Source: Phoronis australis (lineage: Eukaryota; Animalia; Phoronida). From it: a stretch of DNA of 64,000 nt. The DNA is taken from contig NMRA01000009.1 in NCBI GenBank assembly GCA_002633005.1, positions 1,757,858 to 1,821,857 of the forward strand, read 5' to 3'. A model generated the notes under the pieces. It had not been told where the DNA came from. It made no database searches and saw only the letters and a program-made list of their open reading frames with translations. A program made the position numbers and the translations under genes. Shown here piece after piece: positions 61,282 to 64,000 of this stretch (position 1 is its first letter; each line of letters starts with the position of its first letter).

Positions 61282-63344
61282 CAGAGCTCAACGTTATGAA
61301 AATCGCCAGGTCTCATTTTGCGACCTAGCCAAAGTCCCAGGTTGCATTTTCAAAATCCAGCTCGCATTCATTCATGCCAGGTCGCAAAATTTTCCCGCCT
61401 TTCGAGCTAAAACTAATTTTTTAGATCATCGATAAAATGTTTAGTCGGATTATGCTTGCTCTTACCTGCGGCGTTAAATGCTCACAAATTTCAGGTCGCA
61501 AAATTTAGTTCTTACAAACAGGTACGGCGTTATTGTTAATTACGACCACCGTTGAAAGGCTCTAGAGTGCAAGGTTAGTTGCTGACGTGAAAGTTGAATC
61601 GGTGCTCTCGATCCGACACGTGCAGTCGAGTACTTAACTTTGCATTGTGAAAAAGGAGAAAATACTCGTTGAAAAAGTATCATCAGTTTTGCCAGGTCTG
61701 ACTTGCTATATGACTGTTATCAAAGTCGTAATGATCCAAACTAACTCTGAGTGAAAACTCCCTGCATTTTTTTTCGCAGCCAACTTTGCAACTGAACTCG
61801 ACGTTTGAAAAACATCCTGTTGAAAAAAATCCGTGAAACGTTGTCCTAGCCAAATGACGTATTCGGATGCGCGGGAACAGTTCAGTACAAATTTCACTAA
61901 AATGTGGTACTTATGCTGTTTATTTACTCAACACTTAGTTTTCCATGAAATGAAAAGCCTTGAAATAATTCCCGACTCCATGCGGATTTCTATCGGGAAA
62001 TTCAAGCTTCCTCCTCAATACCTTCCATGTACGGAAAAATTAGGTCAGTCCCAAACGACACGTATGTCACCAGTGGTAACTTTCTTTCGAAGATATAAAA
62101 AAGTTGGGGTTTGGTTTTAACATATTGAGAAAGGACAATTTTTGAAAACAAACTGAATTTGTTGTTGTGTAAAATGAGAGTAACTCACTTGTAGGCTGCG
62201 CGTTAATTTCAAGCAACGCGCACGGTCCTTTGCAGTGCCCTATGATGGGCGCTAGTCTGAACTGCGGACGCTTAATTTGAAATTCTCAAAAGTTGAGAGG
62301 GAACGCTTAGGTGCCGTGGGCGCTTACTATGAAACACTTCAAAGGTAGGGAGTAGGCGCAGTGTTTGCGGTAATAGGTTACTGAAAGACTGCAATAGTAA
62401 CAAATGTTATTATAATAAGATTTTGCGTGGCAAACTCCATCTAGTAGTGGTGACTTTCTGGCTGTCGTTACTACCTACACTGTACCCTTTTTAGCCACCC
62501 ACAATAATTTTGTTTTTAATTGCCCACTTCAGTCGGAACAAGATTCTTTCTGTTGGTGTCTTAAAATTGATTTTAGTGCGTGGTCCGGGGAACTAACATT
62601 GGGAGAGAGCATATGAAGAGAAGAAAAAAATAGTTGGCTAACAACAATTTCGCTTTTCCAGATTTAGTTGCCGAATAGCTGTCTACGGACATAAAATATC
62701 GACCCGAGGAACAACGGAACAGGCTGTCGTGTGACGATTAATAGGGTGGCCATTTTCACGTTTGCAGTCTTTTGCGATAAAAATGCGAGACGCTGAGACG
62801 CACATTTCCAAATCACGACCGTCTACCGCGTGTGCGCTAACAACGGGATCGACCAGTGTCGCAGTGCGTAAAATCATGGATGTTGTCGTGGATATTTGAT
62901 AATAAATAGAAAAATGAATAGAATTATTAAAACCACCGCTGTTTTGTGACGTTTTATCGAATGTTTTGCCGTGGTCCCAAACTTTCTTCGGCTCATCTGG
63001 AAATTTGCATAAGGAGCCGAAAATGTTAGCCAATGAAACGCGTCAAAGATCGATTCTGCATTATCCCAAGTCAGTTTACGTGACATGAGTTGACAAGTCA
63101 TCGGGAGGGCTGTTCTCGGTTAGTGTTCTTTTGAACTGGATTTGGCAACAACCAAAATTAGTCGGATTTACACGAATTGCTTTATATTTGCGGGTATCTG
63201 TGGAAAAGTGTGAAAACTCAGCTCGCATACATTAGAAATTCCAGGTCGCATTTTGCGACTTGATACGAGCTGGCAAAAATCTCAGCTCGCATTTCCAAAT
63301 TTCAGGTCGCAAATGCGACCTGCAGCTCGTTGTGTCGAGCCCTG
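61282..63344. mobile_element. Non-autonomous hAT-like element with a 5-bp TSD (hAT5-like)
   Basis: CAGAGCTCAAC...GTCGAGCCCTG termini, ACCAT on both sides (61277-61281, 63345-63349) and many subterminal GGTCGCA/TGCGAC motifs at both ends. Confidence 0.65.
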
Positions 63345-64000
63345 ACCATACATTACCGTAAGAGTAATTTTGCTACTGGAGAATCAGCCGTATATAAGAA
63401 AATACTTTTGTAGAATGTAAGTTTGTTCATTTTGTAATTGTTTTCTTATCGGCTCGCGTAGTATGCCTACGACCGGTAAGAATTAGAAAAAGAATATAAA
63501 ATTTTTGAAAAACCAAACACGACTTATTTTGAAAAGAAATTCGGCTCAGACTCCACGTGAAAACCAAACGCTGCATCAAATGCGATATCTTAAAAATTAA
63601 CCAATAAGAGTACGCCACAAAGAAATGCTTATAAACGTCATACACTGAACTACTGTGATATAAACCCGTTCTCTTTAATGTATACCAGTAGTTTTATCGT
63701 GCACTAGAAAGACTTTTATTTGGCAATACTTAGGCCCAGGTCACATTCAGTAAACAAAGTGTGTTAAAGCTATCCTTCACATTTTGCTGATATGATTCGT
63801 TACCAACAAAGTCACCCAATATTTTGTTAAATGATGGTCATTCGAGTGATTTACGATTCCAAAATATAACGTCTTAACAAAATAAAAAAATTGAAACAAA
63901 ACTTGTTACTTATGTATTTTAGAACAATCCATCAGATTTTCAAAACATGCAAATAGTTAGCAAAAATATGCTCATGGGCACGTACTTTTGGAAAATTTTC

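Overview
Eukaryotic, intron-containing, AT-rich animal genomic DNA, probably from a marine invertebrate (inference). Host genes are an aldo-keto reductase (+, 5723-9060), an uncharacterised Cys-rich/basic 7-exon gene with micro-exons (-, 10535-20600), a single-cysteine-cluster Toll-like receptor (+, 28586-31666) and the 3' part of an uncharacterised coiled-coil gene (-, 41232-44657). The rest is dense with DNA transposons. The main feature is an apparently intact ~10-kb autonomous AcademH-type element (49702-59708, perfect 10-bp TSD) carrying a 5-exon DDE-type transposase and a convergent 3-exon RecQ-like helicase. A 76-bp ends-only derivative of it, with its own 9-bp TSD, sits at 21070-21145. 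A second, TAG...CTA-ended family (9-bp TSD) has several copies and a tandem array of 60-bp ends-only hairpins. Although the two families share no obvious end sequence, both have an 11-bp terminus followed immediately by a palindrome whose pairing is kept by compensatory changes. AcademH is a described lineage; the end architecture and ends-only mini-elements are the parts that may be new. Also present are a Kolobok/THAP derivative, a Sola3-like relic spanning an assembly gap, two Helentron-associated (HINE-like) elements, and hAT-like, Harbinger-like and Tc1/mariner-like MITEs. All gene models and alignments were done by eye; no database searches were run.
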